DNA of 63,455 nucleotides, filler included, from Reticulomyxa filosa (Eukaryota; Protista; Foraminifera): NCBI GenBank assembly GCA_000512085.1. It is 11 parts of 11 records of this genome, joined end to end, with 100 filler letters (N's around TTAATTAATTAA, not from the genome) between each part and the next. Parts side by side here need not be neighbours in the genome. Positions count along the whole stretch, not along the records: positions 51,541 to 53,157 come from ASPP01019726.1; positions 53,258 to 59,159 come from ASPP01010063.1; positions 59,260 to 63,455 come from ASPP01004498.1; 8 more parts are not named here. One strand, 5' to 3'. Shown piece by piece: positions 51,441 to 63,455 of this stretch (position 1 is its first letter; each line of letters starts with the position of its first letter). The notes under the pieces were generated by a model. It saw only the letters and a program-made list of their open reading frames with translations, ran no database searches and was not told where the DNA came from. The position numbers and the translations under genes were made by a program.

Positions 51441-51540
51441 NNNNNNNNNNNNNNNNNNNNNNNNNNNNNNNNNNNNNNNNNNNNTTAATTAATTAANNNN
51501 NNNNNNNNNNNNNNNNNNNNNNNNNNNNNNNNNNNNNNNN
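51441..51540. other. Artificial contig spacer
   Basis: N44-TTAATTAATTAA-N44. Confidence 0.98.
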
Positions 51541-51619
51541 TTAATAATGCTATTACAATGTATACATATATATATATATATATATAATATATATATGTGT
51601 ATAATACAAAAAAAGCTAA

Positions 51620-53157
51620 ACCAAACTGGCATGCGAACATCCCTCTGGAACAACGTACATCTTTCGATCGATTTTTCCAGTGGCCAAACAGAACGGTCGC
51701 CTGATTTCTCTCGGATATGGGCCCACGCGCTCCAACACATATTTGCTTGTCAACAAAGGCACACAAATGACCACAGGGACGCGGAAGACGGGCCCAGCCT
51801 CGGGGTTGCTGATATCCAGACCGACAATTTCGGTGAAAATGACCGGCTCGTCTGTGTCTGTGTCTTGAGGGATTTTGACGACCACTTGGAACGAGTTGCC
51901 GTGACTGGGGATGATCAAATGCTCGCAAGGATTGATATACGGCGAAGTGGTCTTCAATGCACATTTCAATTCAAAATTGAGTCGCTTTTCGTTGGGATAA
52001 TTTTCCGGAAATTGCGGGGTCACGCCGATCGAGTAGCGCATCACTTGGGCTGGAATGATGTCGCGGATATATATACCGCGGCCTTTCTTTTGCAGTCCAC
52101 CGGTCACATTGATGCGGTAGCGCACTGGGGAAGATATCACGCTCTTGAACTTTGAGCAATAGTCCAGTGCTTTGTGGACTTGCATTAGTCCATGGCCTTG
52201 TCCAAGTGTTTCCGTCGTTGGAATATTCATCGCTGTATTTATCAATGCCCGTTCAATTCTTTCACAACAACAACAACAATAATACACAATTTGCACTTTT
52301 ATTATTCTTATTCATTTCCTCTCGTTTGATCAAAGTCGATTTGCAACAATGATTTTTTTGTTTTGTTTTTTTTTTGAATTGAAATATATATACCCCGTTG
52401 GCGTGTATTCCACTTTCTCTTGTTTCAATGCGGACAATAGCAACGCGACGTTACCACAAGCGTTTGGAGATGCCATGCTAACATTTTTTATTTGTTTTGC
52501 AGGATGTATGTATGTGTGTGTGTGTGTGTATGCATCTCTTCTAGATGTTCTAAGAGACATTGCATTCATTTGCTTTTTTTTTTAAAAAAAAGTGGATAAT
52601 TTTATCTAACCTTGTGCCATTCATCAATTGATTTTTACTTAAGGTGAACTTGGGAATGGGTGCAATGGCACCTCCAGGTGCACAAATCTTCACTCCCAGA
52701 GCACCATCCAATCTATACCAAAAAAAAAAAAAAAAATAATATATATATTCATTAACATTGCATGTGGTAGTATTATATACACATATACATACATATATAT
52801 GTATACAATACTACAATATGCAAAAAATTGTTAAAAAGAAAGGGTTAACGTGGGGCCACGAGATGACCAAGTATAATTGCTTGTGCCAGGGATGTCTGCC
52901 AATCCATATTCGGCTTTGACCATGAGAGGAGTGAGCATAGCACCGATGCTAATGATGGCGTCCGTGCAAGACTGAGGTGCACCAGCAGTGGACAAGGTAG
53001 GTCCGTCGTTGCCCGCGCTGGAGACGAAGATCACCCCATGTTCCCACACCAACTGTGATATTGCCTTTGGAAAAACTCCCGACAGCGGATATGTGGTGGG
53101 CTCTCCATATGACATATTCACCAAATCGCATTTCCATTCTTTCACATACCCAAGGGC
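51620..53157 (-). CDS. TPP2: Tripeptidyl-peptidase II (subtilase S8), internal exons, partial
   Basis: [36 protein letters not shown] (52660-52690), catalytic Ser motif [24 protein letters not shown]. Confidence 0.93.
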
Positions 53158-53257
53158 NNNNNNNNNNNNNNNNNNNNNNNNNNNNNNNNNNNNNNNNNNN
53201 NTTAATTAATTAANNNNNNNNNNNNNNNNNNNNNNNNNNNNNNNNNNNNNNNNNNNN
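53158..53257. other. Artificial contig spacer
   Basis: N44-TTAATTAATTAA-N44. Confidence 0.98.
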
Positions 53258-53292
<35 letters not shown>

Positions 53293-53299
53293 TTGAACT

Positions 53300-54803
53300 T
53301 TGTCTTGGATATATCTGGGAATTGTAATTGTTGTTAAATTGTGGCTGGAAGTCACTTCCATAATTGAAGTTATTGCTGTTGAAGTTGTTGTTGTTATTAT
53401 TAAAGTTGCTGCTGTTATTGTTAAAGTTGCTGCTGTTGTTATTGAAGTTACTGTTATTGTTAAAGTTGCTGCTATTATTATTGAAGTTGTTATTGTTATT
53501 GATAATGGAGTTGGTATTGTTATTGTTGTTGGCGTTGAAGTGATTGGTAATGCCATTGATATTGTTGTTGCTACTGTTGTTGTTATGATGATAGGAGTTA
53601 ATCTGCACCTGTTCATTGGGATACTCGTCGTAGCCATACATGTTGGTGTAACTTTCGCCGCTGTTGTTACGCGACTCGAAACTACGATTGTCGCGGATAT
53701 CGACCATTCCAGTATCGCCTACGTCGTTGTCGACCACCGTTATTTGCGCGCTGTTTCCTCGAAGTCCACTTATCTTTCCAAGGTTCAGATTACTGCTGTT
53801 ATTGAGGTTGACGCTGCTGCCTGTGACGTTCGTGCTCATGGAGCTGTTCAGGTTGGTGTTGCTACTGTTCAAATTGGCATTGTTGAGGCTGCTCAGGTTA
53901 GTGTTGCTGTTATTGTTGATGTTGCTGCTATTGATAGTACTGCTATTGATGTTGCTGCTGCTATTGATATTGTTGATGTTACTGGAGGTACTGCTGATAT
54001 TCGTATTGACGTTGTTGCTACTGCTGTTGAAGCTGAACGATGGCACATTTGTGGACACGGGCGACTTGGGCTGTCCTAAAAATTGAGGAGGATTCAACTC
54101 TCTTGGTGGAAGCTTCTCCATAAACTCACCGGAATTACCGCGATTGCTGTCCTCTTCCTCTTCCGTCAAATCAATGTCCAAATCTTCCATCCTTTGCAAT
54201 TGGTGTAATTCGCTGTTATTTTGCATATTCGAGTTCACGTTTGGTCTCATGTTGTTCATGTTGTTCATATTATTCATATTGTTGTTTACGTTCACAAATT
54301 GTTGTCGATTATTTTGTGGAACTTGTCGACCAACTTTAAAAAAAGGGGGTGTAAAAAAACGTATACAAAGTACTACCAAAACTAATGTAAACGACTACTC
54401 CATCAAAGAAACGCCTTGAGAGAAGAGAAAAAAAATACCATTGTTTAAATTGTTGTTATTGTATTGCTGCCACATGTTATTGTCATTTGACTGGTAGAAT
54501 GCCTCTAGTGTGCGTTTAACCAAAAAAAAAATTGCTGAAGCTCACGATACAAACGGAACAAGGTCAGACAGAGGGAAAAAAGGATAGGGGGATACAAAGA
54601 ATTTAAAAAACAAACCGTTGGATTGTACTTGTTGTGGATTTCGAATTTGCTGTGTAAATCCGTTGCAAAAAATTTGCGCGATTTAAACAAAAAAAAGACC
54701 TGAAAAGACGTACCTGGCGTCCGTTCCCTGGCACCTGCGTTCCGCCATTCTCTTCCTCATAACGATTATTGTTAAAATTTGAAGAATAATATTGGGGTTG
54801 CAT
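53300..54803 (-). CDS. Asn/Ser-rich low-complexity protein (multi-exon, 3'-partial)
   Basis: MQPQYYSSNFNNN first exon and a long ORF with poly-N and (NFNNNSS)n tracts; no globular domain recognised. Confidence 0.6.
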
Positions 54804-55276
54804 TGATCTTTGTTGTTATTTTTTTCCCAGGATTAGACTTGAGCCCCAAAGCCGAGAGTGTTCACAAAGTGAAAACACGCTTACTTTAAAAAGCGTCTGA
54901 GAAAACACTGTTTTACCAATGAACATAATGCACAACTGTCGAAGGATCGATATGGGTAATTGCATGAATAAAAGAATTCAATTGTTATAAAATGAAAAGA
55001 ACATATAACACTGCGTTTAAAATTTTGAATCTAAAGAAATAAGAAAATTATTGAAACATTGTTTTTGTTAAAAAACAGTCCATTTTTCTTTCAGTAAAGT
55101 AATATCAAAAACCAAATCTAAACATGATTTCATTGCTAAAGTAATGCAATTTGCTTGTCAAAATGAATTTACAAATTTTGTTTCATTTGTCACCCTCTTT
55201 TTATTTTCCCGTCTTCATAATCTGAACAATTTGTGCAAGGGAAGAGACAGTAGATATTTTTTGTATATGTAGAATA

Positions 55277-56100
55277 TTATTTAAGGGCTTTTTGCAGCAC
55301 CTCAAGTTCTTCCAATGAGGCATTTTCAGCAAATTTGCTAACTAACACCATTAAATCGGAAGGTGTCAATTCATTCAACATGTCCGTTATTTCCTCTCTT
55401 TGAATCTACAAAAAACAAAAAAGTTCAAAGGGGCCTGTGGGGCGAAAAGGATCGTGAAAAAAAACTACAAAAACAAAAACTGCAAGCAATTGGACGTTCT
55501 TCTCTGCTAATTCATGCAAAATCTTTTTTGATTCCTTAGCTACCTCACTCTGTAAATAAGTCCATTCATTTTCCTTTATATTCACTTGTTAATCATATGT
55601 ATTGTAAACATAAAATACCTCTTGAGCCGTTCCGCTTACGATCCTTCCTTTAGGTCCATTTTCCAATATCTTCATTCACACATTTCATTGTCTTGTTAAC
55701 TTTTTTAAAGAAAATAAAAACAAAAGAGTAAGGAACTAAAGCATGTATATGTTTGATCCACTCTTTCATTTCTTGCTCCGTTTGTGTGGCAAAGTGGTGC
55801 TCTTCTTCACTAGTTTTCAAGATAAAGACATAAGGAAAGCCCTCAGAACGAAGTTCTTGGGAACGATAAACTACGCAAGACATTGGATCGATTTTGATGA
55901 CTTCTTCTTCTATATCTCCATCCGATTCCAGATCTGTTTTTTTTTTTGGCTTGATTTGATTTTGCTGTCCTTGCTGGTTTTATCAAAGGTATTTCAATAA
56001 TCAAGCTAAGGAGGAAAGGGGGGACTAGTGTCCACATACTTTCTGGAGTTTTTTTGCTTTTAAGTTTTGGGGATTTTGACAAACTCACTAAGACTTGATC
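55277..56100 (-). CDS. PH-domain protein, multi-exon (5' end unresolved)
   Basis: PH C-terminal signature FPYVFILKTSEEEHHFATQTEQEMKEWIKHI; downstream exons end LEELEVLQKALK*. Confidence 0.65.
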
Positions 56101-56646
56101 AACAAAATGTGAAGTTCATTTTACCAGGAGTTGCGGTGAGATTGTTTGTGGACACATCCAATACCATGTGCCTATGCTCGAACGTGTAACAAGTTAACAA
56201 TTCGAATCATTTCCAGTCATCCATGAAAAAAACAAAAGTAAATGAATAACAATATCATACACTTTTATCCAAGTGATTTTTTTTTTTTTTCTACAAAGCC
56301 TTGAATGCTCATGTTCAAGAGTCTTTTTGTTGGAACAAACTGACTGCTCCTTTCCAAGAGCACGCAAACAATCTATGCACTAATAAGCCGTCAGTTTGGT
56401 ATATATGTAACATTCCTTAAAAAATACTTTTTTTGAGCACATACAATGACGAATCTCAATATTATCTTTTTGGTATTTATTGTTGGCAGCTTTAGAAAAA
56501 AATTATCTATTTGTATTTGCACACTATTATCTTATCATATTATTTAATTGGTTCAACAAATTAAAAAAATGTTAGTGAGTTTTTGCACGTTCGACGGCGA
56601 TATTTTTAGAAGTTCAACGCCTATCCATATCGGAATTAATTGAAAT

Positions 56647-56984
56647 ATGAGTGGCACAGAAAGCAAAAATGACGTTGAGATGAAAGAGGCAAAAGAGAAA
56701 GAGGAACAAATCAAAGTGGTATTCACTGAAGACGACGCATTCGAAGAATTTGAGTTTGACAGTTTTGTTAACTACTTAACATAAATCTTTTTATAAAAAA
56801 AGGAAAGAAAAAGTTGGATGATATCACAAAATGGATAGCATGGAAGCAAGAATCTCAAGATAAAGATGATGCCATGCTGTGGACAACAGATTGGGGTGAT
56901 GAGGATATCGATGATAATTTTGAGAAAATATTAAAGGACGAATTAACCTCTCAAAATGAAAAGCACCAAAAAACAACGGCTTAA
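56647..56984 (+). CDS. SEM1: SEM1/DSS1 (26S proteasome lid subunit), 2 exons
   Basis: MSGTESK..EDDAFEEFEFD / intron 56762-56838 / TWKQE..LWTTDWGDEDIDDNFEKILKDEL; canonical EDDxFEEF and WxxxWxDxDxxDxF motifs. Absent from the ORF track. Confidence 0.9.
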
Positions 56985-57337
56985 AATTGGTATTTGTGCG
57001 CACCCTTCCAAACGATCGTAATTGTGAGGGCTTTTCTCAAATTTGTGTCAAATGGAGGCTTGCCTTTCGTTCATATTGCTTTGTTCAACCGCACATTCGC
57101 AGTGGTTCTTTGCTTTTACTTTTCTCAACTGCTTCAAACAAATTTAAAAACTTTTTTTGCTATGGCAAATAAGAATCAACAACTCACTATTTTGAAGTGT
57201 TTGCTTTTCACAATTTATCTAATTTTTTGTCAACTGATCACTCTTACTTCTTCTGGCTAACAAAACCTTGAACCAAGAACAAAAAAAAAGTCAAAACTTT
57301 TTTTGAGAAAAGAGGAGGAAAAAGTTCAATCGTGACA

Positions 57338-58374
57338 ATGGCACATTGGTTGGCATTAAAAAACGCTATTCGAAATTCCAGAATGTCGAGCTTTTTGCAA
57401 AAAGGCTATAGACAAATATTTGGACTGGAAGTGAAAGAAAAGCGAGAAAGTTTGAATAGCTTGCTCAAAGAACTAGGAGAGCAGCAGAAGAAAGTGTCTG
57501 ATTTACAACAAAAATTTAATGCAAGCCAAGAGAGCCTCCACAATTTGTCCAAAACAATTAACGCACTTGAGCGAAATCACGAAGACTTTATAAGCTATGT
57601 AAACAAAGAAGTGCAATTATTTAAAGAAAAAGAGCAACTTTCGTTAAAAGAAAAAAAAAGAGAATGGGATAGTTGAGGGAAACATTACTTAGCAAATGAA
57701 TTATATATGCTAATATACACACATGATTTATTTACTAAACAGAAAAGAAACAAAGGAGAATACACAAAAAGAAAGACAAATTTTTGAGCAAGTGACTCAA
57801 CGTATGAACGATTATTTCAGTAGTGAGATAGCATATCGCAACTTTTTACAAATATTGTCATATATTTATGCGATCTTGGGCCCAGTGATAGGTTGGCATC
57901 TGTGGAAGCAACGGAATCGAGTAGAAACACAGAAATTCCAAACCCCGATCACTCAATTGTCGAGTGATGTCAATACCAAACTTGAAACGATTCTCCATGG
58001 CGTTGAAAACATGCAAAAATATCAGATGGCTTCATCCAATCCTCCCTCTGAGACTATCGTCGTCGCTTCGACTCATAATGATGATACTTTATCTCAGGTA
58101 TACGTTTATGTTATTAGTACATATATCAACGCTCTTTCTCACTCCAATTTCCCCTCTTGCTCTTTTCTCTCTTTTGTAACATTGAGTCCAAAATAATGAT
58201 TTCAAACAGGTACAGCAACAACGTACAGCTAATGCCTCCAAAACTAATTCCACGGTTGAACAAGTTGTAACTGTTTTCATTTCTTCTTTGACTGCCACCA
58301 TTGTTAGCGCCTTCATTTTGAAATTCACTCAAGATCAGGCACGCTATGCTAACCAGCCTGGAGGTGGGGCTTGA
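57338..58374 (+). CDS. CCDC51 (MITOK)/She9-like mitochondrial coiled-coil membrane protein, 3 exons
   Basis: Basic presequence-like N-terminus, YRQIFGLEV, long coiled coil, ERQIFEQV..SEIAYR, TM ILSYIYAILGPVIG and a second C-terminal TM. Confidence 0.55.
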
Positions 58375-58704
58375 TACTTGCACATCATACTGCAACTTTT
58401 TTTTTGAAAAACCGAGTTCTAAAATGACTCCTTTTCCAAAAAAATTTTCACACATATGTTCTTGCTTGACAAGAAGCTACAAACTTTACTATTTTTTTTT
58501 TCAACCACTGTTGTCGTTCGACATGGATTACAAACATTAGCTCCAACTAATTCCATTGACCACTAAGACGATAAAAAAGAAACAAAAAGATTAAAAAATT
58601 TCTTTTGGCAATCTGGTTTGATTTATATGCATTATTGCAAAATTTGAAAAATATATGAAAAAATGATGTTTGATCAGCTTAAAAAAGTTATTATAAAACC
58701 GATT

Positions 58705-58790
58705 TCATATTAAAAACTACAAGATTTGTATATTTTTTAAAAAATTATATTTAAATATTTATTTTTCATGGAGAAAATAGATTCTCTTAA
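58705..58790. repeat. Solo remnant of the Tc1-family TIR
   Basis: TTAAAAACTACAAGATTTGTATATTTTTTAAAAAATT..TTTTTCATGGAGAAAA resembles 10903-10970. Confidence 0.55.
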
Positions 58791-59159
58791 ATGTACATAT
58801 GACCATCCACGTGATAGTCTTGCTCAAATGCAAATTCATCAAATGTCATAAGCAGTATATGATTTATTCTATTTGTACATACAAATACTGTACACTATCG
58901 GAGTATGCTATCACATAATTGTCATATGTGAATCATTGAACACTATTTTATAAACAAATATAACGTGCAAAAAGACTTACATTAGTTTTGGAACAAAATT
59001 TTTTTTCCAATATAAAAGAAATTAATTATTAATTGAAGTTTATTCGCACTTCAACATACTTGAAGATAATCCATTTATTTATGATTTATATGTTAACATC
59101 ACTAGCATAAGTTTGTTTTTTTGTTGAACGACCAAATATGTTAATTAAATTTGATTCAC

Positions 59160-59259
59160 NNNNNNNNNNNNNNNNNNNNNNNNNNNNNNNNNNNNNNNNN
59201 NNNTTAATTAATTAANNNNNNNNNNNNNNNNNNNNNNNNNNNNNNNNNNNNNNNNNNNN
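59160..59259. other. Artificial contig spacer
   Basis: N44-TTAATTAATTAA-N44. Confidence 0.98.
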
Positions 59260-59792
59260 TCTTGGCTTGGGATCGTGTTTTAACTGATATTGAAAATAAA
59301 GTCCGACAGAAACAACTCAATACCCATTACTCGTAAACCTTTTTTTTTTGTTGTTTCTTCAAAGGAATTTTATTTCAATTTTACAAAAACAAAGTTTTTT
59401 TTTGTGCTGGCTTGCTAATCAAAATATTTCGCTTTTGTTGATAACGTTCAGCGCTCACAACTGAAAGTGAGGTTGTCCTTTGTTAACCGAAAGGATTTTT
59501 CCAACGTTCTTGATTCTCGGTCAACTTCACGTTTTTTTGGAAGGAGTGAAAGTGTCTATCTATCTTCTCTTGGAAGCCTCAATGATATATGCATATACAT
59601 ATCGCGTTTCACTGACGTTTCGCCCAAAAAGTAGGGTGTTTGTTCATAAAAACAAATGCAAAGTGACTTTGTGTAATACCAAATCTAAAATGATGATTGA
59701 AGCGTTGCAATCTCATTCGAAAGAAAGAAACAAAATCTTTTGCTTTTTAGGCGCCAGGGAAGCGAATTGCAAACTTTTTTCCCGCAATTGTC

Positions 59793-60478
59793 ATGGCACT
59801 ACTTCAAAATCATTATTCTGATGGTATGTCTATTTTCTTCTTATTCGCCTGGTTTTCAAAGATGAAATTTCGCGTTGCTTAAACAGATACAAGTTGGATC
59901 GAGCTATGTTCCACAATGCAACGCCGAGAGGCACGTACACGTGAGATTGACGTGGACGCAACAGCCGTCAAACTTGGATGTTTTTTCCTTCTGGTGACGT
60001 CGTACATGTATTTATTTATTTTCCCCCTTTTCTTGTATTTCATGAATACTTTGAGAGTGCAATGGCATCAAACCTCAATAAACAATAGATAACATCCGCA
60101 GTGTTGACATTTCTTGGCCGTGGAATATTTGGTTTGATTCAAGGAGTGTTAGGGATAATATTTGGGATTGAAGGATATTATGCAGCCATGGAATTCTCTT
60201 TGAAAACAATCGGAAGATTGATAATATTTCTGGCTTTTTCAACAATGGCATGTATTGTATTGGGTTTGTATTCGCGAGAGACAATCACAAGCTATTGTAC
60301 TGATGCCGGAAAAGGGCATCAGAAAAATTGCAAAGAGCAGGTCACTTGGTGGACATACTTGTACCTAACCATGGGCACTGTATGCAATACTGCTCTTCTC
60401 ATCATTTTTGGAAGGTTTTATTGGAAAGTTTCTCAAAATCAGCCCAGTCGTGTTCGGGCAGGGGACTTGCTTGATTGA
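59793..60478 (+). CDS. Small four-TM membrane protein (3 exons)
   Basis: Spliced MALLQNHYSD/DTSWIELC..GCFFLL/ITSAVLTF..; hydrophobic helices and a two-Cys loop (YC..NC). Confidence 0.65.
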
Positions 60479-61191
60479 TGTAATGAACTTTTTTTAATAG
60501 TTTTTTTTTTTTTTTTTCCCCCAAAAAAAAAAATTACTTGTGTTTGTGCATGTCATTGTTCGAATTGAAAACCAATTTTAATTTTTTGTTAGTGGTAGGG
60601 AAATGGAAGAGGGAGGAAGGAAAATCAGCATCCCTCCCTTTTTTAACTTTTTAATTTTTTACACAGTCTTTCATAAAATCGTAGTCACTCGAACACTTAT
60701 TGTTGTCGTGCATGTAAAACACTCCGCGCTCTGGGGCTTGGATTGTTTGGTTCATCCGTAATATCATTTCTTTTGTTTTTGAACGAAAATTGTTTTAAAA
60801 TAATATATGTTTAGATGTTTCATGAGTGTGGTGCCTCTTGCAATTGAAGAGAAGTTAACATTGAAATCACACTCAATTAAAAAGTAGTTAATAATTTAAG
60901 ACATGCCACAATATTTTAAAGCTATAAAACAAATGACAAAACCCATCTTTTTTGATATATTGACATTTTTTTTGGTTTTATCAAATAAAACGTTAGTTTG
61001 ATGGATTAAACAAAACTATAAATGACAATGTAAAAATTTTAAAAAATGCCTTTTTTAGGGAGGTTTGGCAAATGGAAGAAAATAACCTCCTCCCTTTGTA
61101 GGACATTGGTATTTACAAATGGACAAAATCCAATGTACTAGAGAGAACTTTGTTAATCTTGCCCTTTTATCAAATAGTGAGCACATTTAGT

Positions 61192-63455
61192 TTACTTTGT
61201 GGCCACTTTTTGCTGCTCAATATACAACTGTTTTTCTTTCAATAATCCGCTTCCCTTTAAATAAGCTGTGGCACAGTTTACTTGGTGGGTTGGTAAATAA
61301 CTTTCAAATTCAAAACCAGAGTTTAGAGCGTCAGTAAAAGGGGGTAATTCTTTAATCACATAAATGCCTAACAAAACAAGAAGAATATATGCAGAAACAA
61401 TCTTTGAATGGACATGTGTTACAAGTACTCAAAACGCACAATAAACAGATAGCTTTTTTTTGGACGGACAACAAACCTTTTTTTACGTTGCAAAAGCAAC
61501 ATACAAAACTATACATTAAAGCAACCGCGATTTGTTTAATTTTGAAAGCAGTTAGCACAGTGTCTAACGTTTCAGCCGCAAGTAGTATTACAAGTGTCAA
61601 AAACAGTGGAAAAGAATTCCAATTCAATATGCGATGATTTAAATTTAAATTATTATGCTGGGCCGCAACATTTGAAACTTTGGTGGTACTGGCCGAGTTA
61701 ATCGCGTACTAAAAGTAAAATTAAAAATAGATTTTAAAAATATTCTACAAATAATAAATATAGAACATTAACTGAAGTCAGGATGGTTTGACTCCCAAAC
61801 ACCCAAATAGAAACAGCCAAATGACAGAGAATAACTGGTTTGATTAGAAATAACGAAAATTGCGCCAAATGAGTGGAATATTTAGGAGGACGAGCACATC
61901 TTTTAAGTAGTGAAAATTTGTCACACCAATAAGTAACGACGAAGGTAGCACTACTTAAAAACAACAGCGCAGGCATCCCAGAAGAGTAAACGAAGCTTAC
62001 CCACACCGTCTGTTGGAAAAGTTTTTAACAAAACGTTCCAAAGTCAGGGGTCCTCGTACTTTAATTAGAGAAAAAAATAAAAATAAAAGTTCTAACGTTG
62101 CAAATAACCGCATATCGTTCTGCCAAAGTAAATTCTTCTCCAGAATAAATCGCTTCTAGCTCCCTTTGGGTCACAACTTTCTTTGACTGATGTGCTTGTT
62201 GCCACAAACGGATTGGATACGTTATTACGCCGAGTACATGCGGATTGATTGTGTTGCATGCCATCGTCAACAATAGTGACACTCCTACTACTAAATACTA
62301 CCGTGAATAACACATAACACACCATGCATTTTTTCAACAACAGATGTGCAAAATGTTTCTCTGTTCGCTTAAAACAATATATTATTGAAAAATTTTAAAG
62401 CATAAACGCGTAAAAAAAAAAAAGAGTATTATACCCATCGTGGAACAAAATCATCAAACTTTCCTCCAATCAAACTAAATCCAAGTTGTGGTCTTGTATC
62501 TTCATGTGAATGAAGAGGGATATCAACAAAACAAAAAAAAATTTACTTTCACATAATTAAAGAGCAATTTTATTTCTTTTTTTTTTTTTTTGCCTCAACT
62601 TGCATTGACCATCAACAAAGTCAAACCAGTGTTGAAAAATAATCCTGCAAACATTTTCCTAAAAGACAATATCGCATGCACATGTAAAACATTAGTCATT
62701 GAACTATAAAAACTTTTCTTTCTTTCGCTTACAAATGTTAAACAAAGTATTTAGTACCATGTCAACTCTCTCTCCATTTTTGTGACCGACGTATGTTTTT
62801 CATATTCGACAAGTTCTGTTGGTTTCCATCCCATCAAAAAAAAAAAAAAGCTATGTATAACGACTACTATAAAATATTATACGTTCATTAATCACTTTGT
62901 CTGTTAAGAGAAAAAAAGAAAAAAAAAAAAAAAGCAAAACTTCGAGAAACTGCTTTGAGTAATACGTTAACTAAAATAATGACAATGGAAGAGATAATTG
63001 TGAGAGAATTGACTATAGCCAACTTGTGTAAATAGTTCCGACAAATTTGACGATTGGTATGCTCTGCCAAGCGTTGAAACGACAACTGCGAACAATAGCA
63101 ATTACTGTCCGACGGGGTCAATGTCTCGACAGCGACAGATGTTGTGTTATTGCTACTCGTACAACTCGCACTATACAATATTAGCTGTTTTTGTTTTTTT
63201 TTTGGCATTTCACCAAAAAAAAAAAAAAAAGTATTATATGTGTATATATGTATAGTCGCGTCAAACGTATTTCGGATCGATAAATTCTGAGCATAAACCG
63301 ATGTTCCGAGCACAATGGAACATGAAACTAATATTGCTAAAATTGATACGACAAATGTAACAATGCGACGACAGAATTTATTTTGTTTCGAATATCTCAT
63401 GTTACTGAAGATTATCTGTTTGATGATGTTTTTTTGTTTTTTTTTTTTTTTTTTT
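61192..63455 (-). CDS. OSCA/TMEM63-TMC-anoctamin superfamily multi-pass channel; multi-exon, 5'-partial
   Basis: TQRELEAIYSGEEFTLAERYA, YSSGMPAL..YWCDKFSLLK..PPKYS, and several TM exons. Confidence 0.72.

Noticed and set aside
53300-54086. Long Val/Ile/Leu-rich + strand ORFs resembling membrane proteins
   Set aside because: Reverse complement of the poly-Asn/Ser coding tract.
7232-59259. Ten recurrences of TTAATTAATTAA flanked by N runs, and ORFs containing X
   Set aside because: Identical artificial spacers, not a repeat array or CRISPR. Gene order across them is uninformative.
1-63455. tRNA, rRNA, CRISPR arrays, prokaryotic operons, alternative genetic code
   Set aside because: No recognisable motifs by eye; long ORFs (e.g. 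1110 aa) read normally in the standard code, and most breaks are explained by GT-AG introns or homopolymer frameshifts.

Overview
AT-rich, intron-containing eukaryotic DNA made of 11 separate draft contigs joined by ten identical 100-bp spacers (44 N + TTAATTAATTAA + 44 N), so adjacency across spacers has no biological meaning. Short poly-T/(TA)n introns, frequent homopolymer frameshifts and expanded kelch, TRAF-WD40, TPR and caspase-like families suggest a rhizarian, most likely the foraminiferan Reticulomyxa filosa (inference, not a database result). Recognisable housekeeping genes: lipin/PAH1, TMEM128, TPP2, SEM1/DSS1, a dysbindin-like gene, a CCDC51/She9-like gene and an OSCA/TMC-type channel. 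The best candidate for an undescribed system is a multi-copy family (3 copies) of ADP-ribosyltransferase (ART)-fold proteins with apparent ubiquitin/p97-handling modules (CUE-CUE-PUB-PH-like-UBL-like-ART-UBA/CUE-like). One copy has degenerate catalytic motifs and is fused to a linker+TPR module that elsewhere is a stand-alone gene directly downstream of a caspase-like protease, suggesting a modular sensor/effector (immunity-like) toolkit. Also present: a decayed Tc1 transposon with intact termini plus two related TIR remnants, an F-box/actin-fold fusion, and a G-U-rich structured RNA candidate at a contig end. All domain calls come from motif recognition by eye and gene boundaries are approximate.
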